Source of the DNA: Candidatus Tectimicrobiota bacterium
GTDB taxonomy: Bacteria > JACPUC01
Direction: 5' to 3'
NCBI GenBank assembly: GCA_016192455.1
Contig: JACPUC010000008.1
Location: 1-64,000 of the forward strand
DNA: 64,000 nt
This document shows, one piece after another, positions 27,911 through 38,184 of this stretch. Position 1 is the stretch's first letter; each line of letters opens with the position of its first letter. Below the pieces are notes generated by a model. The model was not told where the DNA came from and searched no databases. It saw only the letters and a program-made list of their open reading frames with translations. A program made the translations under genes and the position numbers.

Positions 27911-29590
27911 TTACTCCTCCTGGGTGACGCGCAGCACCTCCGCGATACTGGTCAGCCCCGCCTTCACCTTCAGCCAGCCGTCCTGCCGCAGCAAGCGCAT
28001 CCCGTGACGCATGGCGCACTGCTTAATAATCTGGCTGCTCGTCTTCTGGAGAATGAGGTCACGAATCTCGTCGGTCATCAGGAGCATCTCAAAAATTCCG
28101 ATCCGCCCGCGATAGCCGGTGTGACTGCAGGCCTCGCAGCCATTCGGCTGGTACATCTGCGCCCCCGCCAGCTCCTCCATCGGCATCCCAAGGGCACTGA
28201 GCGAGGCGCTCTCGGGGGGATCGGCGCGGCGGCAGTCACGGCACAGGAGGCGCACCAGACGCTGCGCCATGATGCCGACCACCGAGGAGGCGACGAGGAA
28301 GTGCTCGACGCCCATGTCCAGCAGGCGAGTGATGGCCCCCGCCGAGTCATTCGTGTGCAGCGTGCTGAGGACGAGGTGGCCGGTGAGCGCCGACTCGATG
28401 GCGATGGAGGCGGTCTCCGCGTCGCGGATCTCCCCCACCATGATGACGTCCGGGTCCTGGCGCACGATCGAGCGCAGGCCGTTGGCGAAGGTGAGGCCGA
28501 TCTGCGGCTTGACGTGGATCTGGTTCACGCCGTTGAGCTGGTACTCAACCGGGTCCTCGATGGTGATGATCTTCTTCTCCGGCGTGTTGATCTTCTCCAG
28601 GGCGCCGTAGAGCGTCGTCGTCTTGCCGCTGCCGGTCGGCCCCGTGACGAGGATGATCCCGTGCGGCCGGCGGATGAGCCCCTCGAGCTGCTTCAGGGTG
28701 TCGGGGAGGAACCCCAGGTGGTTGAGATCGACCACGATGCTGCTGCGGTCGAGGATGCGCATCACCAGGCTTTCGCCATAGAGCGTCGGCACGGTGGAGA
28801 CGCGCAGGTCGATCTCGCGGCCGGCGACCCGCACCCTGATGCGCCCATCCTGCGGCAGCCGCCGCTCGGCGATGTTGAGGCGCGCCATGATCTTGACGCG
28901 GGAGATGATCGCCGCCTGCAGGCGCGCCGGCGGCGCCTCCGTATCCTGCAGGATGCCGTCGATGCGGTAGCGCACGAAGAGGCCGTTCTCGAACGGCTCG
29001 ATGTGGATGTCGCTCGCTCCCACCTCCACGGCCCGGGTGATGAGGTGGTTCACGAGGCGAATGACGGGGGCCTCCGAGGCCATGTCGCGCAGGTGCGCCT
29101 CGTCGCCGTCGACGAGATCGTCGTACTCCCCCTCCTCGGCTTTCAGGTCTTGAATGATGGAGCCGATGGTGGTCGCTCCCGAGCCGTAGGAACGCTCCAG
29201 GGCTTCCTCGATCTCCGCCCGCGTGCAGACCCAGACCTCCAGCTCGCAGCCGAGCGCCGTGGCGAGGGCGTCGAAAGTATGGAGGTCCGCGGGGTCCGCC
29301 ACCGCGATGGTGAGGCGGTTCCCCTGCCGGAGAAGGGGCAGAAGCGCGTGCTGCTTGAGGAACTTCAGCGGCAGCTCGTTGACGATGATCGGGGAGGAGG
29401 GGAACTCAGCAGCCGTGCAGCGGCGGTAGCCGAGCTTCTCCGCCAGCTCCAAGGGCTGCAGCACCGCGTCGCCCGCTGGGTCCGCCTGCGGAATCCCCAC
29501 CAAAACGGCGGCGCCTCCCGGCAACCTCCGCCTGCCAAGACGCCCCAGGGCCTTGGACACCTCATGTGCGGTCGGGAGTCTCAATGGCAT
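27911..29590 (-). CDS. gspE: T2SS ATPase GspE
   Basis: ASDIHIEP, GPTGSGKTTT, TIEDPVE, RQDPDVIMVGEIRD and CxxC/CxxC motifs. Confidence 0.95.
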   Translation of the reverse strand: MPLRLPTAHEVSKALGRLGRRRLPGGAAVLVGIPQADPAGDAVLQPLELAEKLGYRRCTAAEFPSSPIIVNELPLKFLKQHALLPLLRQGNRLTIAVADPADLHTFDALATALGCELEVWVCTRAEIEEALERSYGSGATTIGSIIQDLKAEEGEYDDLVDGDEAHLRDMASEAPVIRLVNHLITRAVEVGASDIHIEPFENGLFVRYRIDGILQDTEAPPARLQAAIISRVKIMARLNIAERRLPQDGRIRVRVAGREIDLRVSTVPTLYGESLVMRILDRSSIVVDLNHLGFLPDTLKQLEGLIRRPHGIILVTGPTGSGKTTTLYGALEKINTPEKKIITIEDPVEYQLNGVNQIHVKPQIGLTFANGLRSIVRQDPDVIMVGEIRDAETASIAIESALTGHLVLSTLHTNDSAGAITRLLDMGVEHFLVASSVVGIMAQRLVRLLCRDCRRADPPESASLSALGMPMEELAGAQMYQPNGCEACSHTGYRGRIGIFEMLLMTDEIRDLILQKTSSQIIKQCAMRHGMRLLRQDGWLKVKAGLTSIAEVLRVTQEE

Positions 29591-29695
29591 GCGGCGGTGT
29601 ATCCTCAGAGGCTCGAGCTGGTGCGCGGGGCCGGCGCATGCGGCGCGAGGCTGCGTCCGCCAGCCAGGCCGCGGCGTCCGGGAGCCGCCAGCAGG

Positions 29696-31519
29696 CTACT
29701 GGAGCAGCTTCGCCATGCGTTTGTACGGCACTCCGGCCTCGGCGCACATCCGGTAGACCTCCGCGAGGTCCTCATCGCGCGCCGAGGGAATGGCGATGAG
29801 CACCTCGGCAATACCCATCTCTTCAATAAGATGCGAAACGCTCGCGCGAGTTCCGAGAATCGGCAGCCCATGGATGCTGCGGCCGAGCTTCTCGCGGTCG
29901 TCATCGATGAACCCCACCGGGTGGTAGTTCAGGCTGCGGTTGTTGCGCAGCTCCCGCAGCAGCATCTCCCCGGCATCGCCAGCACCCATGATGATGACCC
30001 GTTTGCCTCTCTTCGGCGGCACCCGGCTGAACGATTCCCGCAACATGCGGAGTAGTATACGAATCCCTGCCATCAGCAGCAAGCTCATCATCCAGTCGGT
30101 GACGAAAACGGCGCGGGAGTAATCGATGAATCGAAACAGAAGCGTAATGATAATGACGCTGAGAATGGAGCCCAGGGTGACCGCCTTGACGATGTTCTTC
30201 AGGTCGGTCAGCCCATAGTAGCGCCAGACGCCGCCGTAGACGTCGAAGGAGAAGCAGCAGACCATCTTCAGCGCCACAATCCATGGCAAGGAGCGCAGGA
30301 TGAGGAGGTAGTTCCACTCACTGATCACGCCCTCAAAGCGGATGAGCCAGGCGCCATAATAAGAGACGCAGATGAGGATGAGATCTACGAGCACCTCGAG
30401 GATGCGCCGTTTGTAAAGGAAAGCCGTGGTGATGGCGACCGCGTTGGGGGACGGCGGCGGGGCACTCCTGCCGCTGATCTCCTCCACCTTCACCTGGCTG
30501 AGGAAAAAGCCGAAGAAGATGATGCCGATGAGCGCCAGGAGCACGATCACCGAGACAACCCCGGCGGCGTATCTGGAGTAGAAGAGGGCGCACATCCCCA
30601 GGAAGGCGCTGATGCCATAGAGGACGAACACCGCGCGGCGCTCGGAGAGGCCGAGGTAGACGAGGCGGTGCGAGGAGTGGTCCTTGCCGCCCTGCGACGC
30701 CGGTTGCCGCCGCAGCATGCGCAGCAGCGTCACCAGCGTCGTATCGAAGATCGGCACCGCCAGCACGAGGATCGGGATGATGAGGGTGATGACGACGTTC
30801 GACGCATGGATGCCGGTGCCGAGCACCCCCATCACGGCGATGAGGTAGCCGAGCAGCAGGCTGCCGCTGTCCCCCATGAAGATGCGCGCCGGATGGAAGT
30901 TGTAGCGCAGGAAGCCGAGCGTGGCGCCGCCGAGGATCGCCGCCACGGCGGCGACGCCCAGCAGCCCATTGAGGAGCGCGTGCACGAAGAGCACCGCGCA
31001 GGCGATCGTGGCAACCCCGGCCGACAGGCCGTCCATGTTGTCGAGGAGATTGAAGGCGTTCGTGATGCCGACGATCCAGAAGATGGTCAACGGGATGGTG
31101 ATGAAGCGCTGCGTCTCGGGTGCGAACACCACCCCGAAGAGCACCGCCATGCACGCCGCGATGATCTGGCCGATGAGCTTGGTCTGCGGGCGCAGCCGGC
31201 GCAGGTCATCGATGAGGCCGAGCGCGAAGACCGTCGTGCCTCCGGCCAGCAGCGTCAGGAACCAGGACCGCCGCAGCGCACTTCCGCCGAGGACGAGGGC
31301 GACGAGGAAGCCCGTATAGATGCCCACCCCGCCGAGCGTCGGGGTGCTGCGCTGGTGCCAGCGCCCCTCATGCGGCGCCGAGAGGAGGCCGATACGGTGG
31401 CCAAGGTGCTCCATGTAGCGGGTCATGAGGAGGGAAACCCCCAAGGAGCCGGCAAACAGCCCCACGATTCCCCCGAGGGATGATGCGTTGAAATAGCTCA
31501 GGCTCATGGACGTGCTCAC
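29696..31519 (-). CDS. WecA/MraY-family phosphoglycosyl transferase fused to a PglF/CapD-type TM + Rossmann (CoA-binding-like) module
   Basis: TPTLGG, GLIDD, NAFNLLDNMDGL, IFMGDSGS and DHSSHRL motifs, then YGGVWRY, IMGAGDAG and GFIDDD. Confidence 0.88.
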   Translation of the reverse strand: MSTSMSLSYFNASSLGGIVGLFAGSLGVSLLMTRYMEHLGHRIGLLSAPHEGRWHQRSTPTLGGVGIYTGFLVALVLGGSALRRSWFLTLLAGGTTVFALGLIDDLRRLRPQTKLIGQIIAACMAVLFGVVFAPETQRFITIPLTIFWIVGITNAFNLLDNMDGLSAGVATIACAVLFVHALLNGLLGVAAVAAILGGATLGFLRYNFHPARIFMGDSGSLLLGYLIAVMGVLGTGIHASNVVITLIIPILVLAVPIFDTTLVTLLRMLRRQPASQGGKDHSSHRLVYLGLSERRAVFVLYGISAFLGMCALFYSRYAAGVVSVIVLLALIGIIFFGFFLSQVKVEEISGRSAPPPSPNAVAITTAFLYKRRILEVLVDLILICVSYYGAWLIRFEGVISEWNYLLILRSLPWIVALKMVCCFSFDVYGGVWRYYGLTDLKNIVKAVTLGSILSVIIITLLFRFIDYSRAVFVTDWMMSLLLMAGIRILLRMLRESFSRVPPKRGKRVIIMGAGDAGEMLLRELRNNRSLNYHPVGFIDDDREKLGRSIHGLPILGTRASVSHLIEEMGIAEVLIAIPSARDEDLAEVYRMCAEAGVPYKRMAKLLQ

Positions 31520-32947
31520 TCACCTCACGGGCGGCAGACGCCTTTCACCTGGGAGTGCGGCGCCCTCATGCCCACGGCTGCCGGGCGCGGCCGCGGGCGC
31601 TCCGACGCCGGGCGCAGCCCACGGCAGTAAACCCTTCTGCTCCAACAGCTCAAGGTAGAGCGTCTCGATCTCGGCGACAAGACGCTTGGCGCTGAACTGC
31701 TCGAGGACGCGGCGCTGGGCGCGCTCGCACCGCCGCCGAGTGGCCTGCCGCTGCGTCAGGAGCGTGACGAGCGCGGCGCGCCACACCTGTGGATCGCGGC
31801 TGCGCGCGAGGAGGCCAGAGGGCGCCTCGCACCATCCGGCCGCGCTCTCCGCCGCGCCGCCCGCCGGCAGCTCCAGCAGGTCGGCGACGCCGCCGACGTC
31901 GGCGGCGAGCACCGGCACCCCAGCCGCCATGGCCTCCAGCAGGGCCACCGGCAGCCCCTCGTTGCGGGAGGTGAGCACGACGGCATCGAGGTCGGCGTAG
32001 ATCGCCTCGAGGTCGCGCCGCCAGCCGCAGAAGCGCACCCTCCCCGCGAGGCCCAGGGCGCGGCAGCGCCGCTCGAGAGCCGGCCCCAGCTCGCCCCCGC
32101 CGATGATCGCAAAACACGGGGGCGGCAGGGAAGGCGCCGTGGCGGGAGCGTCCCTCCAAGCGGCGGCGATCTCCAGGAACAGGTCCGGGTCCTTCACCGC
32201 CACGAGGCGGCCGACGAAACCGATGAGGGGCGTGCCGCGATCAATGCCAAGCTCGGCGCGCAATCGCCCGGCCTGCCCCGAGGGCGCCGCAAACCGCGCT
32301 AGGTCGAGCCCCAGCGGCACAATGCGGGTGTGGCTGCGGGCGGCGACGTGGAAGCGATCGCAGATCTCCTCCTGTTGGCGCGCACTCAAGACGATGAGGC
32401 AGTCGCTCAGCGCTCCGAGGAGACGCTCGATGAGGGCGACGAGGCGGCTCTTCCAGCCACTGAAATAGCTGTGGAAGACGTGCCCATGGAAGGTGTGGAG
32501 GCGAATCGGCACGCGGCACAGCCAGGCGGCCAAGCGACCGAGCGTCCCGGCCTTCGCCATGTGGGTATGGACGATGGCGGGGCGCACCTGTCGCAGCAGA
32601 CGGATGATCGCCACGAAGGTGCGCAGGTCATCGAAGCACCTCACGTGCCGCCGCAGCGTCGGCAGGACGATCGGCGACAGCCCTGCGGCGCGCACCTCGG
32701 GGGTCAGGTCGGCCTCCCACGCGTGCGGCGCCCCGCTCACGAGCGTCGTGGCGAAACGCGAGCTGTCCAGGTCCCGGCAGAGGATCATGGCGTGCTGCGC
32801 CGGGCCGCCCACATTCAGCCGGGTGATGAGGCGCAGCACGCGCACCGGCTCCGGGCGCGCATCCGCAGGCGTCCCACGGGCAGGTATCGCCCGCTCATGG
32901 CCCCGGCAGGCGGACGGAGGCGAATGCACCTCGTTCCTCATCAGCAC
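31520..32947 (-). CDS. GT4 glycosyltransferase
   Basis: ITRLNVGGPA, HTHMAKAG, HTFHGH and SRNEGLPVALLEAMA motifs. Confidence 0.9.
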   Translation of the reverse strand: MLMRNEVHSPPSACRGHERAIPARGTPADARPEPVRVLRLITRLNVGGPAQHAMILCRDLDSSRFATTLVSGAPHAWEADLTPEVRAAGLSPIVLPTLRRHVRCFDDLRTFVAIIRLLRQVRPAIVHTHMAKAGTLGRLAAWLCRVPIRLHTFHGHVFHSYFSGWKSRLVALIERLLGALSDCLIVLSARQQEEICDRFHVAARSHTRIVPLGLDLARFAAPSGQAGRLRAELGIDRGTPLIGFVGRLVAVKDPDLFLEIAAAWRDAPATAPSLPPPCFAIIGGGELGPALERRCRALGLAGRVRFCGWRRDLEAIYADLDAVVLTSRNEGLPVALLEAMAAGVPVLAADVGGVADLLELPAGGAAESAAGWCEAPSGLLARSRDPQVWRAALVTLLTQRQATRRRCERAQRRVLEQFSAKRLVAEIETLYLELLEQKGLLPWAAPGVGAPAAAPGSRGHEGAALPGERRLPPVR

Positions 32948-33663
32948 TGCCCTCCCCTTTCCCGACCCGGCTCTTCCGCTTGCGGCGCGCGCTTCCTCAC
33001 TTCCAGGGTGTGACGGAGGAGAAGGCGCCGCGTCAGGCTGCGAGCGAAGAGATCACGCGCGTCCCCTTGCCAACCCAGGCAGAGGAGACCGAGGAGGAGG
33101 AGCTGGGCGCGGCCGAAGACGCCCCAGAGGGCGATCTCCCGCCCCGCCAGGAGCACCAGGGCCAGGTTCACCGCCAGGGCGATGATCAAGGCCCAGCCGA
33201 GGGAGGGGAGCCGCCAGAGGTCGCCGGGCCCGCCCTGCTCGCGCGTCGCACGCGCTCCCCGCGGCGCTTCCTTGCCGCCCCCGTCGCCCCTGGCTTCCGG
33301 CCGCCCGAAGACCAGACTGTCCGGACGCCAGGCGTGCCAGCCTCGCAGAAGGGGACGGGCGGCGCTCCTGCACCATCGCACCATGACGCTGCCATGGGCA
33401 AGCTGCTCGACGGCGCGCTCAGGCTCCTCGGGCCAGGTGACCAGACGCACCACCCGGCTGCCGGCAACCGCCCGTTTCAGAGCCTCGCCGAGGCCGGCGA
33501 GCGGCCGCCGCCACGCCGCCCATCCCTGGCGCGCGCCGCCTCCCACGCGCAGCAGGAGGCGAGCGGTCACACTGGCCCGCGCCACGCCTCCCAGCCGGCA
33601 GAGCACGCCCCACGTGAGGCTACGCGGCAGGATGGTGTCGCGCCAGAAACCCATGCGCTCCAT
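32941..33663 (-). CDS. Hypothetical membrane protein
   Basis: Fills the gap between two GT4 genes, overlapping or abutting both; two C-terminal TM segments. Confidence 0.6.
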   Translation of the reverse strand: MERMGFWRDTILPRSLTWGVLCRLGGVARASVTARLLLRVGGGARQGWAAWRRPLAGLGEALKRAVAGSRVVRLVTWPEEPERAVEQLAHGSVMVRWCRSAARPLLRGWHAWRPDSLVFGRPEARGDGGGKEAPRGARATREQGGPGDLWRLPSLGWALIIALAVNLALVLLAGREIALWGVFGRAQLLLLGLLCLGWQGDARDLFARSLTRRLLLRHTLEVRKRAPQAEEPGRERGGQC

Positions 33664-33672
33664 CGACCACCC

Positions 33673-34761
33673 TCAGGCGCCCTCGAGGACCGACGCGAAG
33701 AGCGCGTGCAGACGCGGGGCGACGACCCGCGCCGAGTAACGCGCCACCACCATGGCGCGCCCCGCCTCGCCCATGCTGCGCCGCAGCGCCCCGTTCCCGA
33801 GCAGCATGGCGAGGGCTTCCACCCACTCGTCGGGCCTCTCCGCCAAGTAGCCGTTGACCCCCGGCTCGACCATGCCGCGGAGCACGCCCACCGGCGAGCA
33901 GACCACCGGGATGCCCACGGCCCAGTACTGCAGCGCCTTGTAGCCGCACTTCCCCTCCGCCCAGAGGGTGCGGGGCAACGGGTAGAGGCCGATGTCGAGG
34001 CTCTGGAAGTGATGCACCTCCGTCGCCAGCCGCCAGCAATGATGCTCGATCTCCACCCCGGGCACGCGCCAGGCCTCCAGGGATCCCACCACGCGCACGC
34101 GGAAGGTGTAGCGGCGGGCCAGCTCCCGCAGGGCGCCGGCGATGATGCTCAGGTACGGGCTTGTCGTCGGCGAGCCGACCCACCCCAGTGTCACCGGCTC
34201 TCCCCGGCGCCCCACCGAGCCTCTCTCCGCGGGTCGAAACACCTCGGTATCGACGCTTGAGGGGAGCACTTCGACCCGCTCCTGGTAGCGACCCGCGTAG
34301 CGCGCCAGGAAGGCGTTCCCCACCGTCGCCGCCCGGCTCATGCGCAGCAGCCAGGGCACCTTGCCGCGTGGCTTTAGGATATTGAGCCACTGGTTCGCCG
34401 GGCTGCTGGGAGCAAGGAAGATGGCGTCATCGAAATCGAGGATCAGGGGAACGCCCAGCCAGGCCAAAAGCTGCTCCGCCAGCGGCGGCCCGATCGGCAG
34501 GAACTCGCGGTAGAGGAAGATGAGGTCGAAACGCCGCGCCCGCAGCCAGTCAGCGAGACGCCGCGTCCCGTCAACGAGCCCGTAGCGCAGCTTGCCGGCG
34601 GTGTAACCAGGCCGGTAGACAATGCGGAAGAGGCGCGACGACATGAAGGAGAGCAGCACCACCCGCGCCCCGCGCGCCTCGAGGTACGGGATGTGCTGTG
34701 CGCAGCGCACCCGCGTGGCCGCCGCTTCGTAAGGATAGGGACTGAGCATGAGGACCTTCAT
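33673..34761 (-). CDS. GT4 glycosyltransferase
   Basis: DFDDAIF, LGWVGS and GKCGYKALQY.A.GIPVVCSPVG motifs. Confidence 0.9.
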   Translation of the reverse strand: MKVLMLSPYPYEAAATRVRCAQHIPYLEARGARVVLLSFMSSRLFRIVYRPGYTAGKLRYGLVDGTRRLADWLRARRFDLIFLYREFLPIGPPLAEQLLAWLGVPLILDFDDAIFLAPSSPANQWLNILKPRGKVPWLLRMSRAATVGNAFLARYAGRYQERVEVLPSSVDTEVFRPAERGSVGRRGEPVTLGWVGSPTTSPYLSIIAGALRELARRYTFRVRVVGSLEAWRVPGVEIEHHCWRLATEVHHFQSLDIGLYPLPRTLWAEGKCGYKALQYWAVGIPVVCSPVGVLRGMVEPGVNGYLAERPDEWVEALAMLLGNGALRRSMGEAGRAMVVARYSARVVAPRLHALFASVLEGA

Positions 34762-34908
34762 CGCGGCTTTCCAACGCGGCCCGCGCCACGGGCGCGCCGC
34801 CCCCTCTTGCCGGCGCCTGCCCCACCCCGCCCGCGGGGGCGGGCGCCTCTCCGGCGGCGGTTACCTCAGGGGGTCCCTGCGCAGGCGCCGAGACGATGGG
34901 GCGCGCAC

Positions 34909-35967
34909 CTAACCCTGCCGCTGGAGCAGCGGTCGCATGACGCGGATGACCCGCTCCACCTCTGCATCGCTCAGCGCCGGATAGCACGGGATCGAGAGCG
35001 CCATGGCCTGCAACGCCGCGGCCTCGGGGAACGCCTCGTCCGGCTGCCCGAGGTAGCGATGGAGCGGGCGGAAGACAGGCCGGGCGCAGCCGACCCCCGC
35101 GGCGCGCGCCGCCTCCAGGAGGCCATCGAGCGGCGGCCGGCAGCGCACGACGTAGCGGAACCAGCAGCTCGTGCTCTCGGCGGAGGCGACAGGAAGCTGC
35201 GCCGCGAGGTCGGCGAACGCCTCCGCGTAGCGCGCGGCGATCTCCCGGCGGCGCGCCAGGAAGAGGGGGTAGCGGCGCAACTGGCTGCGCCCGAGGGCCG
35301 CCTGCAGATCGGTAAGCTTGTAGTTGAAGCAGACCTCCAGCTCCTGCCGCTCGTCGTAGGCGCGGGCGCGGCGCAGCCGCGCTGCGAGGTGGTCGCTGCT
35401 CGTCGCCACCATGCCTCCCTCCCCCGTGGCAAGGAGCTTCGTGGCGTAGAACGAGAAGACCGCAAGGCGCCCGAAGCTGCCCACGGGCCGACCCTCCCGG
35501 GTCGCCCCCAGGGCCATGGCGCAGTCCTCGATGAGCGGCACGCCAAGGGCCGCCACCTCCGCCGCCGCCGCTGGGAAACCGAAGAGGTGGGGCAGGATGA
35601 CCGCGCGCGTCGCCGGCCCCAGGTGGGGTTGCAGCGTCGCCGCGCTGACGGCGTAGCTCCCCGGGGCGCAGTCGGCCAGAACCGGCGTGGCCCGGACGCT
35701 GCGCACGGCGTGGTAGAGGGCGCTGCAGACGTAGGAGGGGATCACCACCTCATCCCCCGGGCCGACCCCCAGCGCGCCGAGCGCCAGGGAGAGGGCCGCC
35801 GTCCCCGAACTCGCCGCCACGGCCTCGCGCTGGCCGCTCCACGCCGCGATCTCGGCCTCGAAAGCGGCCACCTCGGCACCGCCGGCAACCTGGCCGCGGC
35901 GCACCACGGCGGCAACCGCCTCGGCATCCTCTTCGGTGAACCAGGGACGTGAATGCGGGATCACCAC
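34909..35967 (-). CDS. DegT/DnrJ/EryC1/StrS sugar aminotransferase
   Basis: SSGTAAL, IEDCA and SFYATKLLATGEGG motifs. Confidence 0.92.
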   Translation of the reverse strand: MVIPHSRPWFTEEDAEAVAAVVRRGQVAGGAEVAAFEAEIAAWSGQREAVAASSGTAALSLALGALGVGPGDEVVIPSYVCSALYHAVRSVRATPVLADCAPGSYAVSAATLQPHLGPATRAVILPHLFGFPAAAAEVAALGVPLIEDCAMALGATREGRPVGSFGRLAVFSFYATKLLATGEGGMVATSSDHLAARLRRARAYDERQELEVCFNYKLTDLQAALGRSQLRRYPLFLARRREIAARYAEAFADLAAQLPVASAESTSCWFRYVVRCRPPLDGLLEAARAAGVGCARPVFRPLHRYLGQPDEAFPEAAALQAMALSIPCYPALSDAEVERVIRVMRPLLQRQG

Positions 35968-36003
35968 CCCTCCGCGACGAGCTTCGAGCCGCGGTCGTCG
36001 GTC

Positions 36004-36723
36004 TCAGGTGAAGACCTTGCCGAGGCGCGGGGTGGCCGTGCTCGTCAAGAGATCAAGGCTCTGCGGACCATAGTTGAAGAGGAGATCAATCGCCGACATG
36101 GCAGGCTCGAAGGGCTCGAAACACTGGCGGTAAATGGGATGGTGGAACTCCTGGTAGCGCACCTCAATGCCCGCCTGCTGGAAGGAGGACTCGTCCAGGT
36201 AGCCCCGGCCGCCTACGCCCGACAGGTAGGTGGTGGCGCCGAAGCGACGGCAGATGTCGAGGAGTAAGGTCTCCTTCCGGCCCGCCAGTCCCTCTGCCGA
36301 CGCCAGGGCGAGGCGCGTTCGCAGGCCGAAGGCGGCGAACAGGACGCGGATGAGGCAGAAGTTCAGCGCCGCAAGACGTTCCCACGAGGCGGCGTAGATG
36401 TCGGCCAGCGCCGCGGCCGAAGCGGGGAAGTAAGGCGCGCGCGCATAGGCCTGCTCGATGCTGCGCCAGGTCTTCTCCCGCCAGCGGGGCGAGGCGCGGT
36501 TGTCGATCGGCACCTCGCGGATGAGCTGGCCAAAGCCCCCCCGCGTCAGCACCGGCACGGTCAGCCACGACCAGCCCTGGGCGGTGCGGATGCGGTTGCG
36601 ATTCTGGAACCCCCCCTTGCTGAAGGGCACCGTATCGAGGAGCACGAGCAGGTCCGCCTGCCACGCCTTCTCGAGGAAGCCCAACCAGGGGAGGTACTCA
36701 GGTTGATGAATGGCAACGATCAT
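36004..36723 (-). CDS. WbqC-like protein
   Basis: MIVAIHQP.YLPWLG, QNRNRI, WLTVP, YLSG and SAIDLLFNYG motifs; start reassigned to ATG 36723. Confidence 0.9.
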   Translation of the reverse strand: MIVAIHQPEYLPWLGFLEKAWQADLLVLLDTVPFSKGGFQNRNRIRTAQGWSWLTVPVLTRGGFGQLIREVPIDNRASPRWREKTWRSIEQAYARAPYFPASAAALADIYAASWERLAALNFCLIRVLFAAFGLRTRLALASAEGLAGRKETLLLDICRRFGATTYLSGVGGRGYLDESSFQQAGIEVRYQEFHHPIYRQCFEPFEPAMSAIDLLFNYGPQSLDLLTSTATPRLGKVFT

Positions 36724-36890
36724 GCCGCGCTGCCGCGATACAGCCCTGCCGCCGCGAGCCCCCTGGCGGCCCCCGCCGGACCGCCCGCACCCACAGCCCC
36801 GCGCCCGCCGGCGGGCTCCGCGCCGGACGCTGACAGCTCCGCTTCCTGGGTTACGAGGCCCACCCTCACCCTGCCGCCAGCCGTCCCGAT

Positions 36891-36918
36891 ACTCTACCGC
36901 ACTGGCGGGGCATGTCAA
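36891..36918 (-). promoter_or_regulatory. sigma70-type promoter upstream of the wbqC-to-gspF run
   Basis: TTGACA-N16-TAGAGT. Confidence 0.55.
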
Positions 36919-37065
36919 GCAAAGCCCGCTGACGGCGGGGGCGAAGCGGCGCCGGTCGCAGGGGCAGCGCGCCTCCCCACGGCAGGGCAGGGCGGCTCGG
37001 CCCTCCGCCCGGGGCGCCGCCGAGAGCCTCGGGGAAGTGCTCGAAATGCTCACTGGAGGAGGCCT

Positions 37066-38088
37066 TCAGAACCGCCGACGCCGGGCCTGGCGCGCCTTGG
37101 ACCGATGCTCCACCCAGCAGGCCAGGTGGCCGGCGCTCATCCCCACGCCGCGGCAGAGGCTGCGCAGGAGGGCGACCGGGACGAACCAGAGAGCCTCCCG
37201 CGGCTTGCGGCGTTCGGCCAGCACCATGGCCGCCGGGAGCAGCAGGCCGATGGTAACGACGGCCGCCGGCAGGAGCCAGGGCTGCAGCGCGGAGAACCTC
37301 AGGCTTGCTATGCCGAGGCCGAGAAAGACAAGCGTGAGGTGGGGGTGGAGCAGGTCGAGCCAGCCGCTGTCATCGGCGCTGTGGAGGAGGCCCAGCCGGC
37401 CTTCCTTCTCCCACATGCGCCAGTAGGCGCGGCTACGGAAGTAGCCGTGCCGCACCTGACTCTGGAGGTAGGCGCCAAGATTTTCCTCCCAGCGGTGTCC
37501 GACCCGCAGGAGGGGATCAAGGCGGAGCTGGTACCCGCGCTGCACGATCGCCGCCGCCAGCATCGCGTCCGCGGCCGGGCCGCAGTCCTCGGGAAAGCCG
37601 CCGAGCGCCTCCAGGAGGGTGCGACGATAGGCGACGTTGCCGCTGTTGAGCACCTGTACCCGGGCTGGCAGGAGCCCCCGGCGCACCTCGAGCTCTCCCT
37701 GCAGGCAGCGCGCCAGCCCCGAGGCGGGATTCGCCAGCCGGTAGGAGCCTCCGACCGCCCCCACCTTCGGGGCGTCGAAGAGGTCAACCAGCCTCGCCAC
37801 CCAGTCCGGCCCCGGAAGGCAGCGGTCGGTCGTGAAGCCGATGATCTCCGCCCGGGCGGCGCGCCAGCCAGTGTTGCGGGCGCAGGCCGGCCCCCCGTTG
37901 GGGCGCGACAGGAGGGTGACGGGGTAGGAGCTGAGGAGCTTCCCCGTGCCGTCGATGGAGCCGTCGTCGACGAAGATGAGCTCCAAGCATGCCGCGGGGT
38001 AGTCCTGCGCCAGGCAGGCCTCGACGAGCTGCCGGACGCTCTCCGCTGCATTGTAGACCGGCACCACCACCGCGACACGCCGGTTCAT
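37066..38088 (-). CDS. GT2 glycosyltransferase with C-terminal TM segments
   Basis: VVVPVYNA, VDDGSID and GPACARNTG motifs; the DxD region is degenerate (FTTDRC). Confidence 0.85.
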   Translation of the reverse strand: MNRRVAVVVPVYNAAESVRQLVEACLAQDYPAACLELIFVDDGSIDGTGKLLSSYPVTLLSRPNGGPACARNTGWRAARAEIIGFTTDRCLPGPDWVARLVDLFDAPKVGAVGGSYRLANPASGLARCLQGELEVRRGLLPARVQVLNSGNVAYRRTLLEALGGFPEDCGPAADAMLAAAIVQRGYQLRLDPLLRVGHRWEENLGAYLQSQVRHGYFRSRAYWRMWEKEGRLGLLHSADDSGWLDLLHPHLTLVFLGLGIASLRFSALQPWLLPAAVVTIGLLLPAAMVLAERRKPREALWFVPVALLRSLCRGVGMSAGHLACWVEHRSKARQARRRRF

Positions 38089-38184
38089 CTGGATGCTCTC
38101 TCAGCCGAGATCACAACCCTGCCTTCCTCCCCGCCTGACGCAGGGAGAATCCTGGGGACCGCGCAATCCTGGGCCTTCCCCGCC

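Noticed and set aside
16232-29590. Type IV pilus operon
   Set aside because: GspG/GspK signatures, a GspD-type N0 domain and no PilT indicate T2SS.
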